In this document: piece by piece, positions 24,323-38,424 of the stretch
Layout of the letters: each line of letters starts with the position of its first letter
Position numbering within the stretch: position 1 is the first letter of the stretch
NCBI GenBank assembly: GCA_964016885.1
Contig: OZ024757.1
Span: 13,516,001 to 13,580,000 of the forward strand
DNA: 64,000 nucleotides
Reading direction: 5' to 3'
Origin: Eledone cirrhosa
Taxonomy: Eukaryota
Program-made: the position numbers and the translations under genes
Notes under the pieces: generated by a model
Told to the model about the DNA's origin: nothing
Seen by the model: the letters and a program-made list of their open reading frames with translations, nothing else
The model's database searches: none

Positions 24323-24947
24323 CTCAATCTTATTAATATCACAAACAAGTCAACATGGTTTTTACTTTTCAGGAGTTTTATTCTTATCTCTTTAGGTTTA
24401 TTTCATCCAACGACCAGCTGATATCCAGTGATGTCCTTCAACTGTCATACCTTAGTGAGTAGATGGCGGCCTGGAATATTGTTTCTGAAAAGGCAGCTCT
24501 TTAGACTTGTGTTGTGTGTGCAATAATCGTATCAGCAAACGATAATGGGATCAGATTCAAGAACTCAACGTCAAGTGTATCGTTCCAAACGCGATACGGT
24601 AATATATGTCCTTTTTATCAGCTTCGTCTTTTATTTATAAACGTTTATGTACGTACGTGTGTAGATACGTGTACGAATGTGTACCTGTTTAAGCTTGTGT
24701 GTACATAAGTATTTATAATAATGTTGTTCCCCTCATTTTATCATTACAACTACTACTATTAATAATTTTAACACTATTATTATTATTATTTTCACACGTC
24801 TCTTATCCTCAACACTTGCTATGGCTTTCCCTCTTACATGTGAGATACACGGTTTGTTTATTAATCAACATTTACTCGAAGTAGCAGTGATGTGTGACGA
24901 GACATCGGGCGGAATGATTAGTGTTAACTTGAGAACACCGTGCACCC

Positions 24948-25014
<67 letters not shown>

Positions 25015-25078
25015 TATCCCGGGTTCAATCGGCGGTAACCACAATAAGTAACGTACTCATTACATAGCAGAGTATAAA

Positions 25079-25130
<52 letters not shown>

Positions 25131-25161
25131 CACATGAATCAAAGTTCTGTTCAAACCATTT

Positions 25162-25213
25162 ATTAGCTTACAATTGTTTCGTCCAAACCGAGGTTTGAAG
25201 TCTTCGGAGCAAT
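25162..25213 (-). ncRNA. Degenerate minimal hammerhead at the end of a (TA)n-inserted repeat (~25127-26380)
   Basis: Minus strand: gct-CCGAAGA-cttcaaacc tc ggtttggac-GAAAC aatt GTA-agc. The core has a U4>C change. Confidence 0.55.
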
Positions 25214-26538
25214 TTTTCAATGATTGTTTACATACATGACCTCCTTTCCAACACAAGAGACATACAGATACATATGTATATATCGATGCACAGTGGGATG
25301 ACATCCATTATAATATTTTTGCATGGTAATTTAAATTCAAAAATTAAAATCATATTAAAACAGAATCAAAGCGAAATTAAAGTTAAAATACAACATCGGC
25401 AGTTTACGTAGATAATGCAAGAGGATAGTTTGTTAGTCAGTTGAAGTAGTTAGTGCATGCAATAGTTACACGTGGGGCATGCACGTGTGTCTTATTTATA
25501 TAAGATTATTGTGCGGCAAGGTGTTATATGCAATACAAGCACTTTAAGCGGGTAATCAAGAGTATTATGGAGGTTGTAGTGGTAAAGTATTTTTTGTGTA
25601 TGATAAAGAAGCTTGTGTGCAAGGAAATATTATAAATGAGAAGCAAAATAATGTTATGGTTTTTGTATACACCACCATTTTCACAATTCAGGAAACGTAA
25701 TATATAGTTTATATGTCCTTCACATAATTAACGATGATTCAGTATTGGATGTTTGATGTATTAAGTTAAATTATTACAGCTTGTTGCGGCTCAGTGTTCT
25801 TTAATCTAATTTTATAGAGCAGGTTGTTTTTGTTGCGAGAATTTACATCGTTTTATTTTCCGGAAGTATGTGTGTGATTAAGGGGAGTTAATGCGTGAGG
25901 GGAAGTAACTAGCTGATTTCTATAACTAAATTTATTATTCCAATGTACATTAAAAGGTCTCAATTGAGTCCCTTATATATATGGTTATATACAGTTTCCA
26001 AATTTAAGTATCCTATCTTTAAATTACAGTCTACTCTATCAAGAAGTACTAAAGGTATCTATATTAGGATGATTACTCCCTATCATAGAGTGCTACAACT
26101 GAATATTCCATACGAAGAGTCAGATCTCCATATCAATGTTCTTTGCAAATGTAGTCTACTCACAGAACCTGACAGGGTCTTATTAGAACCACTTCTATAT
26201 ATAACCCCTGGTAAGCTCTGGGTCAGCGCATGGCTGATTGCATGGCAAAGTTAAATATCTCTAGGGTAGACCAAAGAGCAATTCTCACTTACAATGTCAT
26301 TAATCTGTCTATCAAGTTATACATGTATCTATAACTCATATACCACATTAATCGAAGCATAGATTTGGAGTAGTGAAGAACCAAGTAGATATACACACAC
26401 ACATATAAACAAACACACACACACACATATGTGTATGTATATATATATATATATATATATACATATACACACACACATATGTGTATGTATATATATATAT
26501 ATATATACACCTTTTGAACTCTGTTCCCACACACTTCT

Positions 26539-26572
26539 CACCTGAAGAAGAGCTTATGCCCGAAACGTCGTC
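26539..26572 (+). ncRNA. Minimal Penelope-type hammerhead remnant
   Basis: CTGAAGA-a-gagc ttat gccc-GAAACGTC. Stem I and stem II have mismatches; AATAAA lies downstream. Confidence 0.5.
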
Positions 26573-26657
26573 CCCCACCTACCCCCCACTCTCCTGAGCG
26601 TGAATTTAATAAACATTTATTGTACTGCCTCTCTGTTCTGTCCCTGTTCAATTTTTC

Positions 26658-26699
<42 letters not shown>

Positions 26700-26834
26700 C
26701 ACTTTGTCTCGTCTTTCCTTCATCCAACGTCTATCTTCCACGCAAGCATGGGTTTAGACGTATATATATGTTTCTGTGTATATATGTGTTTGTGTGTATA
26801 TATATGTGTGTTTGTGTGTATATATATGTGTCTG

Positions 26835-26865
<31 letters not shown>

Positions 26866-27326
26866 ATATATATTTATGCACACATACACATTTGTATGAA
26901 TTTGTAGATGTATATATATATGCATGTACACAATTGTATGGGTTTTTTTTAAATAATGACATTGTGTGTTGCAAGAAATAAATATTGAAAATCCTTATTA
27001 CACCCTATAAATAGCTGAAATACAGTTGATCATCTCGCCAAACTTGTTGGCACCAACTCTCTGTCCCCAAATAAATTAAGGTAGGGTCATAAGAAGGACA
27101 GAGAATAATAAGGGATCTATGCTTCGATTAATAGCCCCCCCCCCCCCCGCTCTGTATATATATATATACACACACCCACACATATATATATATTAAGAAA
27201 TCCATACAATGCGTGTGTCTGCATTATACTTTCACTATTGAGACCTGTTGTAAAAAAACAAACAAATTCACAATCGTATCTGTCAAAAATTACTTTCACT
27301 TTTGAGACCGCACATCTTGACGTATG

Positions 27327-27360
<34 letters not shown>

Positions 27361-28134
27361 TGTATGTATATAAATATATGTGTGTGTGTGTGTGTTCATA
27401 AGTCCAAGTATCTATGATGATATGGTCCCCTATCTTTGTATATATATGTCGATGTCTATTTCCACATGGCATCTCTGGTACTCGATGTTGTCACCGCCAT
27501 CTTTACGTAGCATCTTAACTATCTAATATTTATTCAGAGAAGTTCTCCCTTCATATCACAAATATTCCTTCTGACTCACTGAAAACTTGTCTTGCATCAT
27601 CGAGTAAAAGATATCTAAATAATCTGTCTGATGTTGCTATATATGTATGTAGGGACCTATAATTTGTGAGGGGGTCCTAGAGGCTCCAAATTGACATTCG
27701 GGGTGTCTAGGGTATTTTGTAAAAGTTGACAGATCCCATCTCCACCCCAGATCTGGTCACAGATGTCTTACAGAGAATGATAGAGTGTGAGAGAAAGGAA
27801 TTGAGAAAGAGATATAGAAGAAGAATCGACCCCAATACTACACTGGTACTTCTTTCTAACTACCTCGAATGGTACAAAAGCGAAATCTAAACTTTGATGT
27901 ACCTATATAAGTCATACCTGTTCTATATGTGTATGTACGTATGTGTGTATGTACATATATGTGTATGTAAGTGTACGTGGCGTTGAAAGTTCGGTTTTCG
28001 TAAGTGTCTGTGACAATTTTCACATGAGCAAGCATGTGTCCTGATGGTTAGTCAATAGTTATTATGATGGTATATGGTATGTCTTTAATATATATGTATA
28101 TTTACATAGAAGGGAGTAAATATGAATGTATGGG

Positions 28135-28178
<44 letters not shown>

Positions 28179-28335
28179 CCGGCATTCGTCAAATCGCAGC
28201 GAGGAAACAATATTTACATTGGTCTTTCCAATTGCTAATACTATCTATCGGTCGAAACTCCAGGTAGAAGTAAATATAAGTATATATGTATATATATATA
28301 TTGGAAAATGTATGAAATCCATTGTACAGTTAGGT

Positions 28336-28452
28336 ATATTTGAAAAAAGAAAAAGAATGACTTCATTTGTAGTTCCAAATCATAATATTATAAAATTAAA
28401 TCAAATTGTTTAGAACTACAAGTCAAGTCATTCTTTTCCTATTTTCAAATAT
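28336..28452. repeat. Inverted repeat inserted in (TA)n of one duplicate only
   Basis: ATATTTGAAAA..AAAAGAATGACTT..TTGTAGTTC / GAACTACAA..AAGTCATTCTTTT..TTTTCAAATAT; absent at paralog ~15370. Confidence 0.65.
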
Positions 28453-31400
28453 ATATATATGTATATATGAAAATATAATGGGAAGAGGTGAGTATTATAA
28501 CTTTTATAAGAAATAAAGATCTAAAGACGAGTGAAAACTTTCATCAACGAAATCGTAATGTACACCAACGAAAATATAGGTCTACAGAATACAGATTAGT
28601 AAAATAAAGTTAGAGCAAATAAATGAGAGGTCACTTAATATTTAGTTTTATTTATATCGTGAAAAATGTTGATCTTCAGTTATTAAATTGTGGATGTGAT
28701 TGTCTTTGTCTTTACGTGTTTGTTGGAAATCCTTTTTTAATGTTTGCCTTTCTTTAAACATTCTTTTTTTTTTAATTAATTTTAGATTATTCGTACCTCA
28801 TCTCTGGTCTCTTTTGACGGAGTATACGTCCTGTGTATTGGTTTTATTTTAAAAGTGATCCATTGGAACATCAGATATTAAATGAAATGTTACGTAAAAG
28901 ACACACCTTATGTTTATTCCAGGTATTCAGAGAGATGTCCAGATGTCGACTGACAACAGAATAATACAATAAGGAAATGCCATCATCCAGTAAAACTTGG
29001 TAATAATCCAGTCTCGTCACAGTCGCCATTTACAGTAAACAATGTTAAGAACAAACAAAAACAAGAGAACTATTCAGCAGTTAATGAAGTGAATACATAA
29101 AATAAAATAAAAATATTACTGAATAAAATAAATTTTTTACTTCATTAAATTGTTTCTTTACTTTCTTTTTATAAAACACACTTATTAATAGAAATTAAGC
29201 ACAGCATTGTAGGTTCAAATCTTACTTGCATGTATATATAGGAATCACGTTTACCAATTTACGGGTACGACCTACTAAGCTGGAATGACGTATGACATTA
29301 TTGCAGACGGAGTTGTTGTAGGTTCAAATCAAGCCTAGAGCAATGAGAAATAAAGTCTAGATTTACTTTATGAATTCCCTTCGGGGGATGAATTCAAGGA
29401 CGTCCCGAAAAAGCCATGAACGCCACTACATCGAGTTTTCAACCGAAGAAAATGTAGTTTTATAAATATTAATTTTCAGAACGAATTCGTACAGTCCCTA
29501 TAATTTGCACACACGCAAAATATTTGCATAAATTTTTGCGTTTAAGTCAGGCAAGAGTTATGTTTCTTGGCAAAAATATCAAGTTGGTTTACAAAAAAAA
29601 TCCTTTTGTTTAAAAAAGTTCGCTTGAATTTTGAACAAAGATTTTTGAATTGTTTCACTTCCGGTTTCTGTATTTTTCATTAAAAAAAAACAACAATAAA
29701 TATGCTATGAATTCGTACAGTCTGTCTGGCCTAGTGGTATGTATTAGAAACGGTGAAATCCTGGTCTAGGGTTCAATCTCTGACACGTTTTACACTAAGG
29801 GTATTATTAATTTTTAGTTTACCTCTTCTAAAATAAAAACCATTAAAAAGTAAGTTTATAAATATTAATTTTCACTACGATTTCGTAACCGTCTCAGTGG
29901 CCTACTGGCAAATATTAGAGACAGTGGTGATACTGGTTACGGGTTCAATATCTATCAGGTTCTACAGATATTTTGTCTTTATAAAATATTGATAAAGTAG
30001 GTTTATAAATATTAATTTTCAGTAAGTTTTTGTAATCTTCTCCGTGGGCTAGTGGTAAGTATTAGGGTTCGTGGAGTTCCTGCTCTTGAGTTCGATCTCT
30101 GTTAAATTCCTGCAACCGCTATTTTTTTCCTTCATTTTAGGGGGAAAAAAAAAAATTGTTTCTTGAGAGATTCCTGACTGAGATTGAACCCCTGACCAGA
30201 CACTCTGCAGTCTCAACACCTATCGCTATGGCGACAGATACAAAAGCGCTATCAAAATTAATACTTATAAACCTACTTTCTATTTTATAGAAAAATTGAT
30301 GTAGTGGCGTTTATTGCATTCCCAATGATATTAACAATTCAAAATGGTTCACTTTCATTTTTATTCTTCTCGAGCTTTCATAAAATATACCTTCATATAA
30401 TTTATCATTTCTCTAGGGTTGATTTCATCCTACAACCTGATGATCTGCAGAGACATTCATCAATGGTCATACCTGATTATTATATATATGTGTGTGTGTG
30501 TTAGATTTGATCAAGCAATGTTGTGCTCAGCAATAATGGTTTTCAATTCTATCTTCCTGCCATCCTTGGTGTGTATATAAATATATATATGTGATTTCAA
30601 CGTACAACGACAATTTATACATCATTTTTGTTTGATAATAATTAGATAAAACTAATTCTACAACCACTGATAAACATTGAAACCACGACATAACAGTTTT
30701 GGTTAACTATAATTTAATTTAATTATTGCTAGAGATTGATCCCTAATATTTTATCTCACTCCTTAACCAGAGAGAAAAATGTCCTCGGACTCGGACAATA
30801 TTGATAAGGAGAGAGTGTATCCATACTTGGCAAGTCTCCAGTTAACATCGTATATAAAAGGCAGTAAGAGGTGACCATCACTAAACATGTGATGTTCACT
30901 CTTGTCGAGTACTTGTCACTCCTACCAACGGCATTGACAATTAGGCTTCTAGAGCGAGGGAAGAAGGCTGTCGTTTTTTTCTCCTACCACATAACACATA
31001 CATTTGTCATTGTTTAGATATCAATATACAAGAGAAAGAAACAATTGAGAGCTTCAGTCTTTTAAAAGTAGCATTTATTACATTAGAGCAAAATCTTGAA
31101 TTAACGATAGTTTGTGACACTAAACATGGAAACAATACGAACAATTTTGAGACAAGCTAATTACTATGAGAAGGACAAATGTATGTATCTTCAACGCCAA
31201 GACTGAAATGAGAAAGTGATTGAAATGGAATAATTATTGAGACACCTTATAATATTTTTCGGGATATGTCTTACCTTATTTTGAAGAAATAAATGTTTCA
31301 GGAAAGAGTTAATAAGCAGCTATATATATATACATGGCTTGCATATCTAATTTAATTATTATATTCGTACAACGAAGTTATGAACAGGAAGCATGTTTTG

Positions 31401-32289
31401 GTATCGAATGTTGAGCAAATAACGAGCTTCTTTTACCCTCACAGAAGAATTTTGAATATGTATGAATATGAATTGAAAGATGGCTAACCATGTTGAATCA
31501 AAACAGCGAGACGGATAATAGAAATAATGAAACATTCTTTTTCCTAGCTAAATGCTGAAAAATCTAAAACTCTAGATGAATATGTGTGATGCCACTGAGA
31601 ATATTGTTTCGGGCTATGGTCAACTGACATCCGAAAAAACGGTGAGGCTCTTGAAGCAACCCAGAGGAGAAGAAACAGAAGACACTGGAATTATTTAGGG
31701 ATCTGCCTTGTGAAGGAAGATGAAAAACTTTTGTAAATTTAGAGGAGATAAATCTTAGGGGAGACAGGATAAAAATATAAAGACTATTTAAATATTAGTA
31801 CACTATTCCATATAAATGTCAAGACTTGAAAATATCAACATTAGTTCACTATACCAAGGACAAACACTGAGAATTACAACTTTGGAGGAGATTAATCACA
31901 CGAGTGACATGATAGAAATATTCAAAATACAGAATTGGAGAAAATGTAAATATAAGCAGAGATGACCATTGTACTATATATAACATAACAATGCGCCTTA
32001 CATTTATCCCAGGTATATAGAGGATGTTCCGATGTCCACTCTGTTTGTAAAATAATGCAATAAGGAAACGCCATCATCCAGTAAACCTTAGTAATAATCC
32101 AATAACGTCTCAGCCGCCATTTACAGTAGAACATGGTAAGAAAAATAAAAGTCACACTGAGCAGTTAATGCAGTGAAAACAAACAATAAAAATATTATTA
32201 CTAAATAATTATAATTTCTTACTTTCAATAATTCTTTTTTTTAACTTTTATTGGTGACACATAATTTATTTCAAATTTGTCGTATCATT

Positions 32290-32472
32290 ATATGGATTGG
32301 CAGTATCGGTAGAGGGTCGGACGTCATGCTTTCCAGCATAGTTACGTCCCTTTACGATCTGAGTTCAAATCCAGCCGAGGTTAACTTTGCCTTTCATCCT
32401 TACGGGGTCGATAAAATAAAGTACCAGTAATGCACTGGGTAATTGCTGGCCTTGTGCCTAAAGTAGAAACAA
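32290..32472 (+). mobile_element. tRNA-derived SINE (Deu/Nin-like core)
   Basis: TGGCAGTATCGG A-box-like, GAGTTCAAATCC B box, and CTTTGCCTTTCATCCTTACGGGGTCGATAAA core. Confidence 0.85.
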
Positions 32473-32473
32473 T

Positions 32474-32506
<33 letters not shown>

Positions 32507-32961
32507 AAAATAACGGATTAAAGTTTAAGCAAAGAATCGCTGCTTTCACCCTTGACGGGAGCTTCTGAAACTAACAAAGTCAATCTGTAAACGCAGAAGT
32601 GGATATTTCAAAAAACGTTGCAACCGGAGGAAGACAGGAAGACGATACTTTGGTTCGTGGAAACGTTCCCTGGCAAAGAACGGGAAAAAACGAATATAAT
32701 ACGTCATTAATAGGAGCGGTGAAGTCCTGTAGAAGCTATTTCTATATTAAATTAGGTATGTGTGTGTATGTATAATGTTAGCTTGAAAATAAATTAAAAA
32801 TACATTTAAACATATCATGTTTCCATTTTAATATCTAGCATTTGATAAAATATTTGGAAGAGTAATTTGAGGAAAATTTGGCTTTTTTTCTTATCCATGA
32901 TTATTTTGTCACTGGCTGCTATTTCTAGCAAATAGGTTAAAATTCCCAAGCAGGGCTAACG

Positions 32962-33072
32962 TATTGATGCTTCACATGAATTTTATAGTCATGGGGAAAT
33001 AATCTGAAAATTGAGGCTGACTTTAGTCAGATTATCTCCCTTTGACTATAAAATTCATGTGAAGCATCAATA
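32962..33072. mobile_element. Hairpin MITE-like element
   Basis: TATTGATGCTTCACATGAATTTTATAGTCA / TGACTATAAAATTCATGTGAAGCATCAATA perfect 30-bp inverted repeats. Confidence 0.65.
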
Positions 33073-33750
33073 ACAAAATACTTCCTCACCGCTGTCTCCA
33101 CCATTATTGATATCGTTGTCCCATAACTTTCTTCGTAAAGCACGTTTTTCGTCGAAATTTCAAACAGATACGTATTAACCTATGTAGATTATGATGCAAT
33201 TAAAATATACGTTCAAGGGGAACTACAACAATACTAGAAAGTATAATTACTAGTAGACTGTATATATATATATATATATATTTACGTATAAGTATTTGTT
33301 TATAATGTACGCATGTTATGTTTACAGTTATATAGTGCACAGGAGAGGTTGTCATGTCTTTGATATAACTGAAGATCCTCATAACCCTTTGTTTGGCAAG
33401 ATTTCTCTGGCTGGATGGCATTCCTATAACTAGGGGCCTCTTTTGCCTTAAGAATGTGAGGAGGACAAACCAACATTTGTTGATTCTTAAACGAGCATAT
33501 ATTGCTTATGGTCCCTTTCCCGGACCCTATCATATAAGTACAATTGTATGTTAACTAAATCTTATATAGTTAAATGAAGTTCAGATATAAAAAAAATAAG
33601 TATAAAAAGAATTTATTATATCAAATAAACAAAAATAAAACATAGACGTTTGAAAAAGTGGGGGTTGTCCCCTGGTTTTCCCCTGAAACAAGGCCCTTGC
33701 CTATAACCAACCACTTTACAGCATGTACTTGGTGCGTTTATCGTGTAGAT

Positions 33751-33896
33751 CAGTGGTTCTCAACCTTTTTTTACTCATGGACCCCTTTTCCCTTATTTTT
33801 TTTGGGGGGGGGGGGGGGGGGGATCCTCTCATAGCTATTCAACAAAAGAAAAGCTTATTCTATTTTTTGCCTGTGGACCCCAGTTGAGAACCACTG
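33751..33896. mobile_element. hAT-type MITE
   Basis: TIR CAGTGGTTCTCAAC/GTTGAGAACCACTG with 8-bp TSD GTGTAGAT on both sides. Confidence 0.92.
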
Positions 33897-34144
33897 GTGT
33901 AGATCATCAACAGTAGGGAGGTTGTTATATCCTTGAAATGACTGGGAGGGGAGGGGCTCCCAGCCCTTTGTTTGGCAGGCTTTTTACAGATGCTAGAAAT
34001 GAGGGCAGGGTGCATTCACAATGGGGTTAAACGAAAAAATAAAACTGCTGGGCCGGTGGAAATCCTACTACATTTCAGCTTTTTTCACGTATACCTAGGT
34101 ACTCTGATAAGTGAGTGTGTAGCAGCGAGAATAGACAACAGCAT

Positions 34145-34675
34145 CCATATCATCATCATCATCATTATTATCACCATTTAACGTCCATTTTCCCACGCTA
34201 GCATGGGTTAGACAAGTTGCCCCATTGTGAGACAAGCAAGGTTTGATGACCATGACTTGCTTATACAGGACTGATTTTAGCTTGATTTCTATTGCTGGAT
34301 GTCCTTCCTAACACCAACCACATTTACAGTGTGTGGGCTAGGTGCTCTTTGTTGTATTACCTACACAACCAGTTTACCCATTTCGGTCACAAATGACTAT
34401 GGGATTTGCTCCTAGAAAGTTCCCCTCTAACGCACAAATCTGGGTACAGTTATTTGTGGAAGACCAGCAGTCACCCATGCCTACCAGTCTCTCCTCTCTA
34501 TGCCACTCATGTTGTCCAAGGGAGATGCAATGGCTGATACAGCTTGGCACCAGTGATGTCACAAGTCATTTCTACACCTGAGTGAACTAGAGCAACTTGC
34601 TCAAGGACATAATGCATTACTTGGTCCAGGAATCAAACACACAACCTCACGATTGCAAGCCCAATGCTCTAACCA
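34145..34675 (-). mobile_element. tRNA-derived SINE with RTE-type tail and (ATG)n end
   Basis: Minus head GTGGTTAGAGCATTGGGCTTGCAATC; TGGTGTTAGGAAGGACATCCAGC; (CAT)n on the plus strand. Confidence 0.8.
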
Positions 34676-34928
34676 CACACACACATAAACACACAAACAA
34701 ACACATACATATATATATAGCAATAAAAAAAATAATAATAATTGAGATTTTTAAAGGCAAAAAAAAAACAAAAAAACTTCTGTTGTTGAGATTTTGAAAT
34801 GTTTTTTTTATTTTTTTATTCCCCCACCCCTATCCCACCCCTTCTTCTGAAAATGAAAGAAGGACTGAAAGACAAAATAGATTTATTCCAGGTTCTGTTT
34901 GATGTTGAAGAAGTACCAAGTGTTTATT

Positions 34929-34952
34929 TCACATCGTGTCAAAATCATCTCT
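34929..34952 (-). CDS. IMP3: IMP3 last coding exon (RDDFDTM*)
   Basis: Acceptor gctttttttcag; TGA followed immediately by AATAAA; matches the IMP3 C-terminus (E)RDDFDL. Confidence 0.88.
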   Translation of the reverse strand, partial: RDDFDTM

Positions 34953-35639
34953 CTGAAAAAAAGCAAAACACAAGAAAAATATTAGTTAACCATCACTACA
35001 ACCTCTCCATCCCCCAACAATGCTATCAAAAATCACCCCTACCCCATTCGTCACCCTGCTAAATCACACCACACTAAAGTCTGTCTTAACCCTTAAGCAT
35101 TTAAACCAGCTATATCTGGCCAGAATTCTCTCACCTCTTTCTGTTCAAACCAGCCGTATCTGGCCAAACACTATTTGTGGGAGCTGGAGAGAACATTTTT
35201 AACCTTTTTGAATACTAACTGTATGTATAATGGAGTTTTGAATAAACCTGAATCAACTGAATATGGTCTCCGATTTTTTATTAATATATATATACATATA
35301 TATATACAAAATATATGAAGAAGAGAGGGGCTGTGTAGCTGCTGGAAGGTATACTTAAAAATAAGAAGAAAGCATGAACGGGAGAAAGTTTTCCTTCATC
35401 AGTTGTCTGCTGAGGGTCTCGGATATTTCTAGGCATTGAATATATATATATATATATATACTTATGTAATAAACAACATAAGGTAATTATTTCATTTACC
35501 AGTGGTTTCTTAAAAGCAAAAAATTTTGCTTTCAATCATCAGAATGAAAATATCCTGGCGTATTTATTGACATTGGATTTTAAAAACAAAAATGCAATCT
35601 ATATGAAAGTGAGGCTGTAGAAGGAAAGGAAAAATAAAT

Positions 35640-35863
35640 TAAAACACACATGCAAACACACACACACAATTATATACATACACACATATATATATGTATA
35701 TATATACATACACACATACATACACACACACACACACACACATATGTGTATATATATACATACACATACATATACACATACATACACACATAAATATCAA
35801 CATATCCATACATACACATACATATATACAATCACACACATATATATACATATATATATAAAA

Positions 35864-35954
<91 letters not shown>

Positions 35955-36386
35955 TACACATACACATACATAGCCATACACACATACATATACATACATA
36001 CATACACACGCACATACGTATATACACACGCACATACATACACACATATATACATGCATACATACGCATGCACAAAAATAGAAAAATATACACACACCTC
36101 TACATACTCACACACGCAAATAAATATAAGAAAATATATATATAATAATAAAAGACATAAAAAAGAAAATAAAGACTATTATAAAGTTGACAGCGATACA
36201 GGCAACAAATAAATGAACAAACACACGTGGTAAGCAATACACACAAATGCACGTACACATACATACGTAAAAATAAATACATACACACTCTCACATAAAT
36301 ATACATATACAAATACATAAACACATACATACGCATACGTAAATACATACACACACACACACACATATACATATATACACACACAT

Positions 36387-36435
<49 letters not shown>

Positions 36436-36443
36436 CATACATA

Positions 36444-36501
<58 letters not shown>

Positions 36502-36620
36502 CACATACATACACATACATACTCACATACACATATATACCTACACACACATATATACATACACATACGTATGCATACGTACACACACATATACATATAT
36601 AACTATATATATATATGGGA
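35640..36620. repeat. TA/CA compound microsatellite tract in an IMP3 intron
   Basis: Directly visible. Confidence 0.9.
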
Positions 36621-36820
36621 ATACGACAAATAATAAATAAAAAAATATATATTTAGAAAAGGGTATAAATGTCCATAGCAGACCTAGAGCACTCAACAAG
36701 TTCCTGGAGCAAAAGATCAATGAAAATAATCATCAAATCACTATATGTAATGATGCACATACACCCTTATACATATATATATATACACACACACACACAT
36801 ATATATACATACACACACAA

Positions 36821-36851
<31 letters not shown>

Positions 36852-36890
36852 AAATACAACCACAGAAATACACACACACATACAATTACG

Positions 36891-36949
<59 letters not shown>

Positions 36950-36950
<1 letters not shown>

Positions 36951-37985
36951 TAGGAAAAAGTCTGACCCTACGGCAGAGCTCAAGCCCTTTCTGAGGCTAT
37001 TATATAAAAACACACAAAACCATTATATAAAAAAATACACATACACGCACAAATATACACATGCCCATACACACACATTAAAGTTATATATACACACATA
37101 CATACATACACATATATACATACATATGTATATATATATAAAATATATATATATATATACACACATATATACACACATACATACATACATATAAATATAT
37201 ACACACACGCGCAGATATATATAATATATACGATTAAATATACATATACAATTACATACAGATAGATATAAACATACATACACACACATATATACATACA
37301 CATATCCATATACACACACATATACATATACATATATATATATATATATAGATATATATACATACATATACGCAACACAAAAAAAAATTAATATCTAAAA
37401 ATAAAAAATGTTTGGTATGTGAAGGGTAAGGCAAAAAAATAGGGGGGAAAAAGAGGGGGGAAATAAATGACATAGGAAAAGGTTTAAATATAAGGGGAGA
37501 TAAGGGAGAAAGAGAATACAAGAGTACAGAACGTGGATTCAGCAGGTAAAAAAACCGTAGTGGAAGTAAAGAGCAGAGAAGGAGATCAAGGTGGTTGAGT
37601 TATCGTAGGAATGTCAATCCAGTTACAGATCAGATGTGATTTCAGATGAGGACAACATCTGAAGATCTCGGTCTTTGAGTTCAGGCAAGCAGAAGTGGCT
37701 TTCAAGTTTAACAAAATCCTATATTTTTCTGTGGTACACAAAGAACAATTCTTTGTGCCTCTTTGGTACTCCCTCGAATGGTCTAAAATAGACCAATCGA
37801 TAGAGTACGGGATGTTTTTATCCTTGAATTCCCACACCTTACGTAACTGATCTTAACTACATTTCTATTAAATATCTTATAATATCTATGATTAGGAGGA
37901 AAATGTTTATCTAAGAGTTCAAGGAATTTCCTTCCTACATTAGTTTTGACAGTTAGAGAGAAGGGGGTGTAAACCAAATAATTTT

Positions 37986-37990
<5 letters not shown>
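36950..37990 (-). mobile_element. Internally deleted Naiad-type Penelope-like fragment (linker plus GIY-YIG C-terminus, microsatellite 3' region, HHR 3' half)
   Basis: [35 protein letters not shown] and WEFKDK..IDWSIL..CSLCTTEK..LNSKTEIFRCCPH. GAAAgggcttgagctctgccGTAgggtc near 36962-36991. Confidence 0.85.
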
Positions 37991-38021
<31 letters not shown>

Positions 38022-38028
<7 letters not shown>

Positions 38029-38174
38029 AACGAGTAGGACCCCGACGGCTGAGCTCAAGCCGTTTCGATGGCTAATTCTGGACTAAAAAAAATTTTTTTA
38101 AATTTTTTTAGTCCAGAATTAGCCGTTGAAATGGCTTGAGCTCAGCAGTCGGGGTCCTACTCGTTCCTATATAT
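38022..38174. repeat. Hairpin made of two inverted 3' halves of the 19161-type hammerhead
   Basis: TAGTCCAGAATTAGCCGT.GAAA.GGCTTGAGCTCAGC.GTCGGGGTC is present on both strands. Confidence 0.8.
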
Positions 38175-38201
38175 AATGGTTTGAAATTATTAGAAATGTA
38201 A

Positions 38202-38399
38202 GCTATCACCGTATTTTGACTAAAGAAATTAAAGAAATTATTTAGCCTGATAGTGGGGTTAAGAACCCTCGGAGAAATGGAAAAAGATGAGTATTGACGT
38301 ACGTCAATACTCATCTTTTTCCATTTCTCCGAGGGTTCTTAACCCCACTATCAGGCTAAATAATTTCTTTAATTTCTTTAGTCAAAATACGGCGATAGC
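38202..38399. repeat. 198-bp near-perfect loopless palindrome
   Basis: Centre GACGT|ACGTC at 38300/38301; one mismatch near the ends. Confidence 0.92.
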
Positions 38400-38424
38400 A
38401 TATATATATATATATATATATATA

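Larger units (their letters stand above)
8912..32288. repeat. Tandem segmental duplication, about three copies of a ~7.4-kb unit with deletions and copy-specific insertions
   Basis: 10700-12400 matches 31020-32288; 12420-18110 matches 23240-31010; 18125-18812 matches 11757-12395; 8912-10690 is an internally deleted copy. Confidence 0.9.

Noticed and set aside
35380-35405. Minus-strand CTGATGAAGG-aaaa-CTTTC hammerhead-like start
   Set aside because: The 3' half (GAAAC...GUH) is missing; at most a fragment.
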